From Mobula hypostoma (taxonomy: Eukaryota): DNA of 64,000 nucleotides. The position numbers and the translations under genes are program-made. The stretch spans positions 186,250,001 to 186,314,000 of the forward strand of contig NC_086097.1 of assembly GCF_963921235.1 (NCBI RefSeq). The letters run 5' to 3'. This document shows positions 49,335 to 62,025 of the stretch, piece by piece (within the stretch, counting starts at the first letter, position 1; each line of letters starts with the position of its first letter). Below the pieces are notes generated by a model, which saw only the letters and a program-made list of their open reading frames with translations, had not been told where the DNA came from and searched no databases.

Positions 49335-50207
49335 CATCCGCATGTTGGAGGGAGATTGAAAATCTGGTTGTACGGTGCTATACAAGAACCAAAGAGCTGA
49401 TAAATGACTGCAGGTGGAAGAAGCCGGAGGTCCACGACCCAATTCTCATTAGGAGTTTGGAGATGGAGAGGGTCAGAAGCTTTGAATTTCTTGGCATTAT
49501 CATATCAGAGGATCTGTCCTGGGACCAGCATGTAATGTCATCATAAAGAAGGCTTGGCAGGGCCTCTACTTAGAAGTTTGCATAGATTTGGTATGTCACA
49601 AAATCTTTCACAAACTTCTATAGATGCACAGTGGAGAGTATCCTGAACGTTTGTATCATGGCCTGGTATAGAAAGACCAATGCCCAGAAAAGGAAAAATC
49701 TACTAAAGCTGGTGGTTACAGCCCAGTCCATCACGTGCACAACGCTTCCCACCATTGACTAAACATATATATGGAGTGCTGCCACAAGAAAATGGTATTC
49801 ATCATCAAGGATCACCGCCATCGAGGCCACGCTTTCTTCTCTCTACTACCATCGGGCAGGACACTTAGAAGCCTCAGGTCCCACACGAGCAGCTTCAGGA
49901 ACAATTATTACCCTACTCTCATCAGGCTCCTGAACCAGCACGGTTAACTTCACTGACCACGACTCTGAAATGATTCTATGAACTACAGACTCACTCTCAA
50001 GGATTCTTTTACATCACGTGTACTTGCAGAGTTTATCTTCTTTTGCACATTAGTTGTTTGTCAGTCTTTGTTTTAGTATGTGTTTTTTTTGAGGATTCTA
50101 CTGCATTTCTTTATTTTTCCCGTAAATAACTGCAAGAAAATGAATCTCAGGGTAATATATGGTAACATATATGTATTTTGACTGTACATTTACTTTGAAC
50201 TTTGAAC
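49335..50207 (+). mobile_element. Rex1/Babar-like LINE 3' fragment with (TTTGAAC)n tail
   Basis: KTKELI.D.R...VRSFEFLG..ISEDLSW..H and LPSGR..RSL; tail actttgaactttgaact. Confidence 0.8.
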
Positions 50208-51254
50208 TAGTGAACATGGAGGGCTCCCTGGGCCACACCCTCTTATGTACATACCACTATACCAGTACTGGATTTGTACTGTGGGTAGGACACCAAGTAC
50301 CTCTGATGGAGGTATTCTAGATGTTATTTCAAAAGTAGGAATCTGTGACTTTTCCTATAAAAGCATTTATTTTGACAAGACTGTGGGACATCTTACCTAC
50401 AGTTCTGGCAAAAGTCTTCAAATAGTCATGAGGAATATTTTGAAGGCTCAAGATGATTGGGCATACCTGGAACTGCAACAAGACTTCAATTAGATCTTAA
50501 CTCATAATGGACAACTTTTATCCAGTATTGACTCAAAAAAAGAGGGAAGTTCTGCTGGGGGAATTTCAAACACAAATATAAAATCTGAAATTATGAATAA
50601 ATCATGCAAAAAGTTTGAATTTTGGTGTTTCATATGGCACTTAGTACATACTTCTTTTATTGTTTTTATTAATAAAGCTGAAACATTAACACAATAACAG
50701 GAGGATAATGTCTCTGGTGGCTTTGTGCTGGTTTAGAGTTAACCATTCTTTGATATGAGGTACCAAAATCAAATTGAATTTCTGTTCACAAACTGAGATG
50801 ATGAAATTGGAATAGGGCTGATAGACACCATCACAGAATAGGATTCGATTGACTTAAAGCCAAAAGGTCAAGAGGTTTTGAAAAGGCAAGTAGAAAACAG
50901 GTATGATAGACAAACTCCTCAAACAAGGCTTCATCTATTTCTATTATGTCCCTTTGTGCAGGTATTAATCCTTATAAATTAAGTACGTTAAAACCTGCAT
51001 AAAATTAACAAAGATAGGAAGAGGGGAGAGTGCAAGGTTCATGCTCGCATGAAACATGTCAGTCTAAATTCTATGTGTAATATATATATAGTAAGATAAT
51101 GAAACACAAGAATGAAACTAAAATTCTGTTATTATATGCATACATTTTTGTCAAAGCTGAGTGTAATAAAATGATTAAGATTAATTGGAAGTGCATATGA
51201 ATTAGGACGTAGGCTACAGAAACATGATGTATGGCACGAAAGCATCATGTCATT

Positions 51255-51530
51255 CAATATGATTCTGGTTGATCTTTTTTGCCTTCAACTCCACTTTTCT
51301 GCTCATTCCCAAATTCATTAATTTTACTTCATTCCAAATGTCTCTTCAATTTGGCGTTGAAAATAACTAATGGCACAACTACCTTGCCCCCCTGTGTTAG
51401 ACAATTCCAAAAATTCAGTCCTCTGTGAAAAGAATTTTTTCCTCATCCCAGTTTTAGGTAACTGATCCATACCATGTTTTTCAGAACCTTCTTGCTTTCA
51501 AGAGACAATATCCTCATATCTGCCTTATCA
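51255..51530 (-). repeat. Old CR1 3' fragment
   Basis: Degenerate match to CR1 C-terminal and 3' sequence (aattcca..aattca...ctctgtgaa.a..atttttcctcat). Confidence 0.5.
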
Positions 51531-51609
51531 GAAACAGTACTGAATGGGAAAAGGAGGAAGCAAAGTAAATCAGAGTGAAGCCTGATCATTTCGACAAGTG
51601 AAAACTTAC

Positions 51610-54600
51610 AGAAACATAGAAAACATAGAAAATAGGTGCAGGAGTAGGCCATTCGGCCCTTCGAGCCTGCACCGCCATTTATTACGATATGGCTGATCAT
51701 CCAACTCAGAACCCTGCACCAGCCTTCCCTCCATACCCTCTGATCCCCCAAGCCACAAGGGCCATATCCAACTCCCTCTTAAATATAGCCAATGAACTGG
51801 CCTCAACTGTTTCCTGTGGCAAAGAATTCCACAGATTCACTACTCTCTGTGTGAAGAAGTTTTTCCTAATCTCAGTCCTAAAAGGCTTCGCCTTTATCCT
51901 CAAACTGTGACCCCTCGTTCTGGACTTCCCCAACATCGGGAACAATCTTCCTGCATCTAACCTGTCCAATTCCTTTAGAATTTTATACGTTTCAATTAGA
52001 TCCCCCCTCAAACTTCTAAATTCCAACGAGTACAAGCCTAGTCGACCCAGTCTTTCTTCATCTGAAAGTCCTGCCATCCCAGGAATCAATCTGGTGAACC
52101 TTCTTTGTACTCCCTCTATAACAAGGATGTCTTTCCTCAGATTAGGGGACCAAAACTGCACACAATACTCCAGGTGTGGTCTCACCAAGGCCTTGTACAA
52201 CTGCAGTAGTACCTCCCTACTCCTGTACTCGAATCCTCTTGCTATAAATGCCAGCATACCATTCGCCTTTTTCACCGCCTGCTGTACCTGCATGCCCACT
52301 TTCAATGACTGGTGTATAATGACACCCAAGTCTCGATGCACCTCCCCTTTTCCTAATCAGCCACCATTCAGATAATAATCTGTTTTCCTATTTTTGCCAC
52401 CAAAGTGGATAACTTCACATTTATCCACATTAAATTGCATCTGCCATGAATTTGCCCACTCACCCAACCTATCCAAGTCACCCTGCATCCTCTTAGCATC
52501 CTCCTCACAGCTAACACTGCCGCCCAGCTTCATGTCATCCGCAAACTTGGAGATGCTGCATTTAATTCCCTCATCCAAGTCATTAATATATATTGTAAAC
52601 AACTGGGGTCCCAGCACTGAGCCTTGTGGTACCCCACTAGTCACTGCCTGCTATTCTGAAAAGGTCCGGTTTATTCCCACTCTTTGCTTCCTGTCTGCTA
52701 ACCAATTCTCTATCCACATCAATACCTTACCCCCAATACCGTGTGCTTTAAGTTTGCACACTAATCTCCTGTGTGGGACCTTGTCAAAAGCCTTTTGAAA
52801 ATCCAAATATACCACATCCACTGGTTCTCCCCTATCCACTCTACTAGTTACATCCTCAAAAAATTCTATGAGATTCGTCAGACATGATTTTCCTTTCACA
52901 AATTCATGCTGACTTTGTCCGATGATTTCACCGCTTTCCAAATGTGCTGTTATCACATCTTTGATAACTGACTCCAGCAGTTTCCCCACCACCGACGTTA
53001 GGCTAACTGGTCTATAATTCCCCGGTTTCTCTCTCCCTCCTTTTTTAAAAAATGGGGTTACATTAGCCACCCTCCAATCCTCAGGAACTAGTCCAGAATC
53101 TAACGAGTTTTGAAAAATTATCACTAATGCATCCACTATTTCTTGGGCTACTTCCTTAAGCACTCTGGGATGCAGACCATCTGGCCCTGGGGATTTATCT
53201 GCCTTTAATCCCTTCAATTTACCTAACACCACTTCCCTACTAACATGTATTTCACTCAGTTCCTCCATCTCACTGGACCCTCTGTCCCCTACTATTTCTG
53301 GAAGATTATTTATGTCCTCCTTAGTGAAGACAGAACCAAAGTAATTATTCAATTGGTCTGCCATGTCCTTGCTCCCCATAATCAATTCACCTGTTTCTGT
53401 CTGTAGGGGACCTACATTTGTCTTTACCAGTCTTTTCCTTTTTACATATCTATAAAAGCTTTTACAGTCAGTTTTTATGTTCCCTTCCAGTTTTCTCTCA
53501 TAATCTTTTTTCCCCTTCCTAATTAAGCTGCTCTTAAGCTGCCCCTCCTCTGCTGAACTCTAAATTTCTCCCAGTCCTCAGGTGAGCCACTTTTTCTGGC
53601 TAATTTGTATGCTTCTTCTTTGGAATTGATACTATCCCTAATTTCTCTTGTCAGCCACGGGTGCACTACCTTCCTTGATTTATTCTTTTGCCAAACTGGG
53701 ATGAACAATTGTTGTAGTTCATCCATGCAATCTTTAAATGCTTGCCATTGCATATCCACCGTCAATCCTTTAAGTGTCATTTGCCAGTGTATCTTAGCTA
53801 ATTCACGTCTCATACCTTCAAAGTTACCCCTCTTTAAGTTCAGAACCTTTGTTTCTGAATTAACTATGTCACTCTCCATCTTAATGAAGAATTCCACCAT
53901 ATTATGGTCACTCTTACCCAAGGGGCCTCTCATGACAAGATCGCTAATTAACCCTTCCTCATTGCTCAAAACCCAGTCTAGAATAGTCTGCTCTCTAGTT
54001 GGTTCCTCGACATGTTGGTTCAAAAAACCATCCTGCATACATTCCAAGAAATCCTCTTCCTCAGCACCTTTACCAATTTGGTTCATCCAATCTACATGTA
54101 GATTGAAGTCACCCATTATAACTGCTGTTCCTTTATTGCACACATTTCTAATTTCGTGTTTAATATCATCCCCGACCTCACTACTACTGTTAGGTGGCCT
54201 GTACACAACTCCCACCAGCGTTTTCTGCCCCTTAGTGTTATGCAGCTCTACCCATATTGATTCCACATCTGCCCGGCTTATGTCCTTCCTTTCTATTGCG
54301 TTAATCTCCTCTTTAAACAGCAACGCCACCCCACCTCCTTTTCTTTCCTGTCTATCCCTCCTGAATATTGAATATCCCTGAACATTGAGCTCCCATCCTT
54401 GGTCACCCTGGAGCCATGTCTCTGTGATCCCAACTATATCATAATCATTAATAACAATCTGCACTTTCAATTCATCCACCTTGATACGAATGCTCCTGGC
54501 ATTGACACACAAAGCCTTCAGGCGCTCTTTTACAACTCTCTTAGCCCTTATACAATTATGTTGAAAAGTGGCCCTTTTTGATGCTTGCCCTGGATTTGTC

Positions 54601-54851
54601 GGCCTGCCACTTTTACTTTTCTCCTTAGTACTTTTTGCTTCTACCCTCACTTTACACCCCTCTGTCTCTCTGCACTGGTTCCCATCCCGCTGTTGTGAAC
54701 TAACCTCCTCTCGCCTAGCCTCTTTAATTTGATTCCCACCCCGCAAACATTCGTTTAAAGTCACCTCAGTAGCCCTCGCTAATCTCCCTGCCAGGATATT
54801 GGTCCCCCTAGGATTCAAGTGTAACCCGTCCTTTTTGTACAGGTCACGCCT
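51610..54851 (-). mobile_element. CR1 family A, nearly complete ORF2 plus end of ORF1; few disruptions
   Basis: ORF 53523-54869 (complete APE endonuclease), 52651-53385, 52357-52644, 51706-52341; (TTCTATGT)n tail. Confidence 0.95.
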
Positions 54852-55616
54852 GAAGCACGATGGGTGCACATGAATCAGCAGCTGCTGGAACCTGAAGCAA
54901 AAATTCTCAGTGGGTCAAGCAGCATCTGTAGGGTTTATACTACATACAGAAGCAAGTAGTGTACATTCAAATGTGGCTCCTATATTACACAGGATCATTA
55001 ATAAATGTGTGTCTGCATGAGTACTCCTTTAAAAGATACTGTACTTTCAGAGACTCTTCTCAACTGATCATCTGAGCTTTTACATGGTGAATTTAGCACT
55101 GCTGAAACTTCAGTTGTTTCATACTAAAATTCCATCAGTATTCTGATTATCTTAGTTTGTATATATTCAAGATCCCATGGGAAACACTAAAAAAAAGTGC
55201 ACACTAACAAAATGATAGGAATGGTGGGTTTCAAGCAGAAAGTTCAAGGGAGGCAGAGTGAAGTTAAGATGGCACTAAACAGTGACTCCTTTGCTTACAT
55301 CTTTGGAAACAGCTCTATTTCCATCTTTAATATCATTATTTTTCCCTTTCAGGGTTCTTTTGAAGACCCTGACCTGGAGTTATATGCTGATTTCGGTTCT
55401 TTGTGGGAATGGGACCCGTTCTCGGGGTTTCAGGACTGGTCGCTGTACGGCACATCAAGGGTTCAGCCTGAGAGTCCGGCTCGAGTTCAGAAGCGTAAGG
55501 TTTCAGGGCTCTGGAGACAGACAGACTGAGGGTCGGTGTCACTACAGGAGACCTGTGTGTCGTCAGGGGAGTCAGGATATCTGCTGTGGGCCTGAAGACC
55601 CGAGATCTTTGCGATC

Positions 55617-57052
55617 TTAAAAAAGGAGGGAGAGAGAAACCGGGGAATTATAGGCCGGTTAGCCTAACGTCGGTGGTGGGGAAACTGCTGGAGTCAGTTA
55701 TCAAGGATGTGATAACAGCACATTTGGAAAGCGGTGAAATCATCGGACAAAGTCAGCATGGATTTGTGAAAGGAAAATCATGTCTGACGAATCTCATAGA
55801 ATTTTTTGAGGATGTAACTAGTAGAGTGGATAGGGGAGAACCAGTGGATGTGGTATATTTGGATTTTCAAAAGGCTTTTGACAAGGTCCCACACAGGAGA
55901 TTAGTGTGCAAACTTAAAGCACACGGTATTGGGGGTAAGGTATTGGTGTGGATGGAGAATTGGTTAGCAGACAGGAAGCAAAGAGTGGGAATAAACGGGA
56001 CCTTTTCAGAATGGCAGGCGGTGACTAGTGGGGTACCGCAAGGCTCAGTGCTGGGACCCCAGTTGTTTACAATATATATTAATGACTTGGATGAGGGAAT
56101 TAAATGCAGCATCTCCAAGTTTGCGGATGACACGAAGCTGGGTGGCAGTGTTAGCTGTGAGGAGGATGCTAAGAGGATGCAGGGTGACTTGGATAGGTTG
56201 GGTGAGTGGGCAAACTCATGGCAGATGCAATTTAATGTGGATAAATGTGAAGTTATCCACTTTGGTGGCAAAAATAGGAAAACAGATTATTATCTGAATG
56301 GTGGCCGATTAGGAAAAGGAGAGGTGCAACGAGACCTGGGTGTCATTATACACCAGTCATTGAAAGTGGGCATGCAGGTACAGCAGGCGGTGAAAAAGGC
56401 GAATGGTATGCTGGCATTTATAGCGAGAGGATTCGAGTACAGGAGCAGGGAGTTACTACTGCAGTTGTACAAGGCCTTGGTGAGACCACATCTGGAGTAT
56501 TGTGTGCAGTTTTGGTCTCCTAATCTGAGGAAAGACATCTTTGCCATAGAGGGAGTACAAAGAAGGTTCACCAGATTGATTCCTGGGATGGCAGGTCTTT
56601 CATATGAAGAAATACTGGATGAACTGGGCTTGTACTCGTTGGAATTTAGAAGATTGAGGGGGGATCTGATTGAAACATATAAGATCCTAAAGGGATTGGA
56701 CAGGCTAGATGCGGGAAGATTGTTCCCGATGTTGGGGAGGTCCAGAACGAGGGGTCACAGTTTGAGGATAGAGGGGAAGCCTTTTAGGACCGAGATTAGG
56801 AAAAACTTCTTCACACAGAGAGTGGTGAATCTGTGGAATTCTCTGCCACAGCAAACTGTTGAGGCCAGTTCATTGGCTATGTTTAAGAGGGAGTTAGATA
56901 TGGCCCTTGTGGCTACAGGGCTCAGGGGGTATGGAGGGAAGGCTGGGTTCTGAGTTGGATGATCAGCCATGATCATAATAAATGGCGGTGCAGGCTCGAA
57001 GGGCCAAATGGCCTACTCCTGCACCTATTTTCTATGTTTCTATGTTTCTATG
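55617..57052 (+). mobile_element. CR1 family A, 5'-truncated, RT through C-terminus open
   Basis: ORF 55586-56953 has no stop from KKGGREKPGNYRPVSL to the terminus; tail tttctatgtttctatgtttctatg. Confidence 0.96.
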
Positions 57053-57195
57053 AAAAAATCGATGTAATGGACTTTTTAACATCGTAAACCAACGAGTTGT
57101 TTGTTATGTCTCCCCACTCACTGGGAAAATGGAGGCACCTTTTTCTCCCTTATTAGGGAGAGAGAGAATCTGCGGTATGTCGAATGCCTGATGTA

Positions 57196-57322
57196 ATAGA
57201 CAATAGACAATAAACAATAGGTGCAGGACTAAGCCATTCGGCCCTTCGAGCCAGCACCGCTATTCACTGTTATCATGGCTAATCATCCACAATCAGTATC
57301 CAGTTCCTGTCTCATCCCCATA
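57196..57322 (-). mobile_element. Very short CR1 3'-end insertion with (TATTGTC)n tail
   Basis: atagacaatagacaataaacaataggtgcagga...ccattcggcccttcgagcc, similar to the family A 3' UTR. Confidence 0.8.
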
Positions 57323-58593
57323 ACGCGAAGTCTTTGGGGTAACTGCAAGCCTGTGACTTGGCTATTGCTTTGCTCACGCTGAGTGCTCTGTGGTGGTACC
57401 AATGCTTGTATTTTTTTTTGCCAGTGGGTGTTGCTTGCTGTCGCTTCCGTGTGGGAGGGGGTGAGCTGGGGGGACTTTGGGGTTCTTATGTTTATCTGTC
57501 ATTCATTCTTTGGGGTACTTCTCTGTTTTTGTGGATGTTTGCAAAGAAAAAGCATTTCAGGATGTACATTTTATACATTTTTCTGTCATTAAATTGGATC
57601 TTTGAACCTTTGAAACTGGGTGGTGCATACTACTTAATTCCCTTTCTTTTCATATCCCTGCTAGGCCTGAGGAATGGTGTGGTTTGGCTTAATATTTTCC
57701 CTTGAAAGTTTCAAGTAATAGTGAAGAGATTGTCTTATTAAGTCCACTGTCAGCTATTACTCAAGATAGGCTTTTCTCAGAGAAAGTTCAGACATTAATT
57801 TAGGTGTTGCAGACTAGTTGCTTGAAAGTGCCTTTGGTATGCTTCTGTTACACTTCACATGAAATTGTTTTCCCTCAGACCTAATTGATGCAATCTTCTC
57901 TTTGAGAAACCAGTATTTTCAGGGGAGAGGACATCAGTCTACACTTTATTGAATTTGTAATTTTGTCCCCTTTTGAAGAGATGGTGAGAAACTGCATTCA
58001 CAAAAATCTTTTTTACTTCATCATTTTTTGGCATTGCTTTAATGCCTGCCAATAGTAATGTTTGCAGGCAGACTAAAACACAGCATTAAGACTACCATTT
58101 CAAACAGTTACAGATATAAGTCACCCAAAACAGTAGAGGTTGTAGAAAGTGGGGAAAAAATTGCCAAATAATCAGTAGGATTGTGTTTTCTTTCTATTTC
58201 TGATTGTGTTTACTTCCATTTCTATTGCTATTCCAATTCTAACTTGGAAGTAATGGCAATTAACTTAAACATAATGTAATAAGATTAGGCTGAAGGTACA
58301 GAAATCAAAGGCAAGATGGACAATAGAGATAATCTATAATGGATATAAAAGTCAAAAGTTTTCTCTTTGTATAAGAGGGAAGATGATGCTAATTATGGAA
58401 CAGAACATTAAATCCATGCATGGAGTAGAAGTGTAACTGAAGTGCAAATGAATACCTGTTATAGAAAAAGATATTGCCGAGCCACTAATGAATGAGTGGC
58501 TTGTTCAGATACAGGAAGGAGAAGGAGTTACTACACAAGCTAATAGCATTAAAGTACAAACATCATTCTGTCTTGTTTGAACATGCAATAATT

Positions 58594-58664
58594 GAGTTCG
58601 GCATGGACTAGAAGGGCCGGGATGGCCTGTTTCCGTGCTGTAATTGTTATATGGTTATATGGTT
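58594..58664 (+). repeat. 70-bp CR1 3' terminus with (TTATATGG)n tail
   Basis: ggcatggactagaagggccgggatggcctgtttccgtgctgtaattgttatatggttatatggtta. Confidence 0.7.
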
Positions 58665-58819
58665 AATTGCTGAAGGAATGAAAAGTGAAAATTGCAGATT
58701 TTCTGATCGATGATCTCCCAATCCTCCTCATACATTGAGATGGTATCAAAGAAGCGGAGAAATATACAGTATGTTGCAATATTTTTCAGAAAAAAAGAAC
58801 TTTATAGTCATGGCAGGTA

Positions 58820-59025
58820 AGCTGAGACCCATGTCATGCTACTCCTGCACAATGTAGGAACTCAGGGAGGCTGCTCGAATCCTGATGTCCATGTGTGCAG
58901 AAAGTGTGTCCATTTGCAACTCCTAAAAGATCACATGATGGCCCTGGAGCTGAGCATGGATCCACCTTAGAGCATCCATGATGCTGAGAAAGTTGTGGAT
59001 AACTTGTTTAGTAAGTCGATGACAT
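58820..59025 (+). mobile_element. Isolated CR1 ORF1 N-terminal fragment
   Basis: Decayed C.SC.M.E...DVHVCRKC..LQLL.D....LEL, homologous to 11200-11400. Confidence 0.6.
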
Positions 59026-59777
59026 CCTTCTGCTCCTTGTTCTTAAGTTTTCAAGTACCAGGAGCTCAAAGTCTACATTTTAACCTCAGTAGTGAGGAAA
59101 CTGCTAATAATAATATTTCAAGTGAAACTAACAGTCACTTAGATAAGCATGAATTAATAATAAAAAAAGTTAATGTGGATTTGTTGAATGGAAATTTGAT
59201 TTAAGTAACTTGATTATGCTTCTTTTGATGCGATATCAGGAACAGAAAATGTTAGTCACATGAGGACATTCAGAAAGTTTTTGATTAAAATGCCACATTT
59301 TTGGTAGCAGCCAAATTTTTGACATTGCAATGAAAAGGTCAGTGCAAGTATGGATGTAAAATTATCTAAGGAACAGCACTGACTGATTGCTTAATGGGAT
59401 GGAGGAAGGTATAGTAGAGTGCTTTTGGAATAGGTGCAGTGAACACTGTTTTGCATGATGGACAGGCGGAAGTCCATGCACAAGTCACAATTTCAAAAGT
59501 TGACAGTGAAACAAAAGTATTTAAAATATGGTACCTAGTGCAGAATTTAGTGATGGACTGTACAAGATATAAATAGGCTGGTTGAATGGGGTGGGCATGC
59601 AACAGGATGAATTTAAGAGATGTGAAATATGGTACATGTAGTGAAAAGGGGGAAAGACAATATATCCTCAAATATATTGTTCTGTAGTTAATGCACAAGC
59701 AAATTAGGAAAATAGTTAAAAAAAGCATAGATGATAGTGAGTTTTACAAATATAGGCATATATATTCTATAACTATA

Positions 59778-60085
59778 GGTGTTGGCGCGTGGCCAAGTGG
59801 TTAAGGTGTCAGCCTAGTGATCTGAAGGTCGCTAGTTCGAGCCTCGGCTGAGGCAACGTGTTGTGTCCTTGAGCACGGCACTTAACCACACATTGCTCTG
59901 TGACAACACTGGTGCCAAGTTGTATTAACCCTACTGCCTTTCCCTTGGTCAACATCGGTGGCGTGGAGAAGGGAGACTTGCAGCATGGGCAACTACCGGT
60001 CTTCCATACAACCTTGCCCAGGCCTGCATCCTGGAAACCTTCCAAGGCGCAAATCCATGGTCTCATGAGACTAACGGATGCCTAT
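59778..60085 (+). mobile_element. tRNA-derived SINE with CORE-like central segment
   Basis: A box TGGCCAAGTGG, B box AGTTCGAGCC, then gtgtccttgagcacggcacttaacc. No CCA end or acceptor stem; inserted in a TA-rich site within old CR1. Confidence 0.8.
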
Positions 60086-61506
60086 ATATGTGTAAAAGCA
60101 AGAAAACATTTTCAATTTCTGCAAAACAGCATTTTAGCCGCAACTGGAGTATTGTGGACAATTCTAGGTACACGGTTAGTAAAAATGTAAATATCTTTAG
60201 ACGAGATTTATTAAAGACTTATCAGAATGGGCCCAGAGATGAGATAATTTAGCCATATAGATGAATAGAGGAACTGGTGTTATGCTCTTAGACAAGACAA
60301 AGTTTGGAAAAGGTTGATAGAAATGTTCAAGATTATGAAGGATCTAAACAAAATAACTAAAAGGAAGGTATTGCAAACAAAAAAAAAGGAGTCATGTTAA
60401 TTGGCAAGGAAACCAAAGGAGTAATGAGGAGAATCTCTTCACATAACGAATAAATTTGATCTGGAATGTTTTGAATGGTAGGGAGATAGGAGCAGATTCA
60501 ATTGTTGATTTCAAAAAGGAAGTAGTGAAACACTTGAATAAAAAGCTTAGGCTAGGAGGAATGAGCTTAGGTAAGGAATGGGACTGACTGGATTTCTTTT
60601 ACAAAGAGGTTTCTTCAATATAGCCTTCTTCTTTGTTGTAATGGTTGAATGGTTCCATGATTCTGTGATTCCACAGGTTACACTGAAGGTAGCAAAGGAT
60701 TTCAATTGATACAAGATAATGCTGAAAAGTTGTTTTATATGTCTTATGAACATTGCTTAAACTACTGCTTTTAAAATTGTATAATTCAGAGAATAGTTGA
60801 TCAGGTCTGGCAATTGATTCAATTTTAAAGCATAACAGAATAGAATAACTAAACAGAAAAGTGGTTCATGTTCCATTTTAATAAATACAGCTCATAAAGA
60901 CAACTTCTGAAGAAGGGTCAACAATGCAAACAAAATCTTTCTGGATCTCTTCTGATGCAGAACAATTTACAAAGTGCTCCCAGCACTTTTGCTTCCTGTT
61001 TCAGATTAAAGCTGCAAATTCTGCTTTAAAGTTGAACATAGTTTATTGAAATATGCGGGTCAGTGGAATGCCATGAATCTCCTGGTACCTGTGTCAGCTT
61101 TTTGAATAAACTATTTAAGCAAGTGAAAGTTACAATCATGCTTTGCTTTTACCTTTGTCTTACAGGATTGGGGCGTGTTAGCATAGTGACTGAACTGCTG
61201 GTGTAGCGCTCACACAGTAGAACAAGATATTGATCCAGAGGTGTGTTTCTAAATCTCATCAAAGCATATGTGGAATTTAAAATCATGTATTACGATTAGT
61301 CTAGAATAAAAAGCTAGTTTCAGTTATGAAAATTCTGGATTTGCAGGCTGGCATCAATGTGAATCCAAAAGCACCAATATGATTGAATCTTAGCTGCTTC
61401 TATAGTTCAAGGGCAATCAGGAATAGACAGTGAATATGGTGCTACCAGTAAATGAACAGCTTTAGCAGAAGTGCGGATGGTGATGGCAAAATCACAAATA
61501 TTAGCT

Positions 61507-61548
61507 TGCAGATGTTTCATCACCAGCCGAGGTGACATCCTCAGTGCA
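61507..61548 (-). ncRNA. Minimal type I hammerhead ribozyme motif (Penelope-associated)
   Basis: Minus strand reads UGCA-CUGAGGA-U-GUCACC-UCGGCU-GGUGAU-GAAAC-AUC-UGCA: core boxes, stem II and stem I are present. Confidence 0.7.
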
Positions 61549-61985
61549 CAGTTGTTGGTGTTTCTCTCTGGGAGTGCTTGGGTTTATATAGGCCCCCATT
61601 CGCTTGCCTTGGTCCTGATTGGCTACCCCTTCAGTTGATCTTTGAATTCTATTGGCTCACGTTTCTTTGGCTCTTGGGGGTTTGTGGATGGTGTCTATTT
61701 TGATACATTTGTTTACGCAGTTATCAGAAGAGGACCATGCTTTTAAAAATTCTCGTGCCTGCTTCGTGATTGCCTGTGCCAGAACCTCTGCAATGCCCCA
61801 GTTAAAGTGGTGTTCTTCTCGATCTTCATGTACTAAGATCAGCTGCAGTGGATGACCCTAAGACCAAAGAAACACAAACCAATAGAATTCGAAGGTCATC
61901 TGAAAGGGTAACTAATTAGGACTGAGGTATGCAAACGGAGCATTATATAAATGCAAGCGCGCCCAGAGAGAAACACCAACAATTG

Positions 61986-62025
61986 TGCAGAGAACGTCAC
62001 CTCGACTGGTGATGAAACGTCTGCA
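61986..62025 (+). ncRNA. Second, core-damaged hammerhead copy
   Basis: tgca-gagaa-c-gtcacc-tcgact-ggtgat-gaaacgtc-tgca: the CUGA box is eroded, GAAACGUC is intact. Confidence 0.55.

Larger units (their letters stand above)
55266..57614 (+). mobile_element. Probable non-autonomous non-LTR element (AAGATGGC-type start, TTTGAAC-like tail), interrupted by two CR1 insertions
   Basis: 55266-55616, 57053-57195 and 57323-57614 are comparatively GC/CpG-rich with no RT. The end ctttgaacctttgaa resembles the tail at 50190-50207. Confidence 0.5.
58330..60670 (+). mobile_element. Ancient CR1 ORF2 remnant with younger insertions
   Basis: Scattered decayed linker, RT and C-terminal motifs; 3' end atggttgaatggttccatgattctgtgattc. 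Confidence 0.55.

Noticed and set aside
48228..50207. Two Rex/Babar-like fragments in inverted orientation suggesting one inverted element
   Set aside because: Both cover the same 3' region, are diverged from each other, have different tails and share no TSD; independent insertions.
53521..53545. ttaagctgc duplicated inside the family A copy
   Set aside because: A small repair or slippage scar that breaks ORF2; similar micro-duplications occur at ~2885 and ~3700.
53605..54381. 258-aa plus-strand ORFs here and at 7926-8702, and the recurring 134-aa MPPKWITSHL ORFs
   Set aside because: Antisense shadows of CR1 ORF2. They recur only because the LINE copies are near-identical.
59784..59858. tRNA-like sequence
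   Set aside because: SINE head: no acceptor stem or terminator, and it continues into a SINE body.
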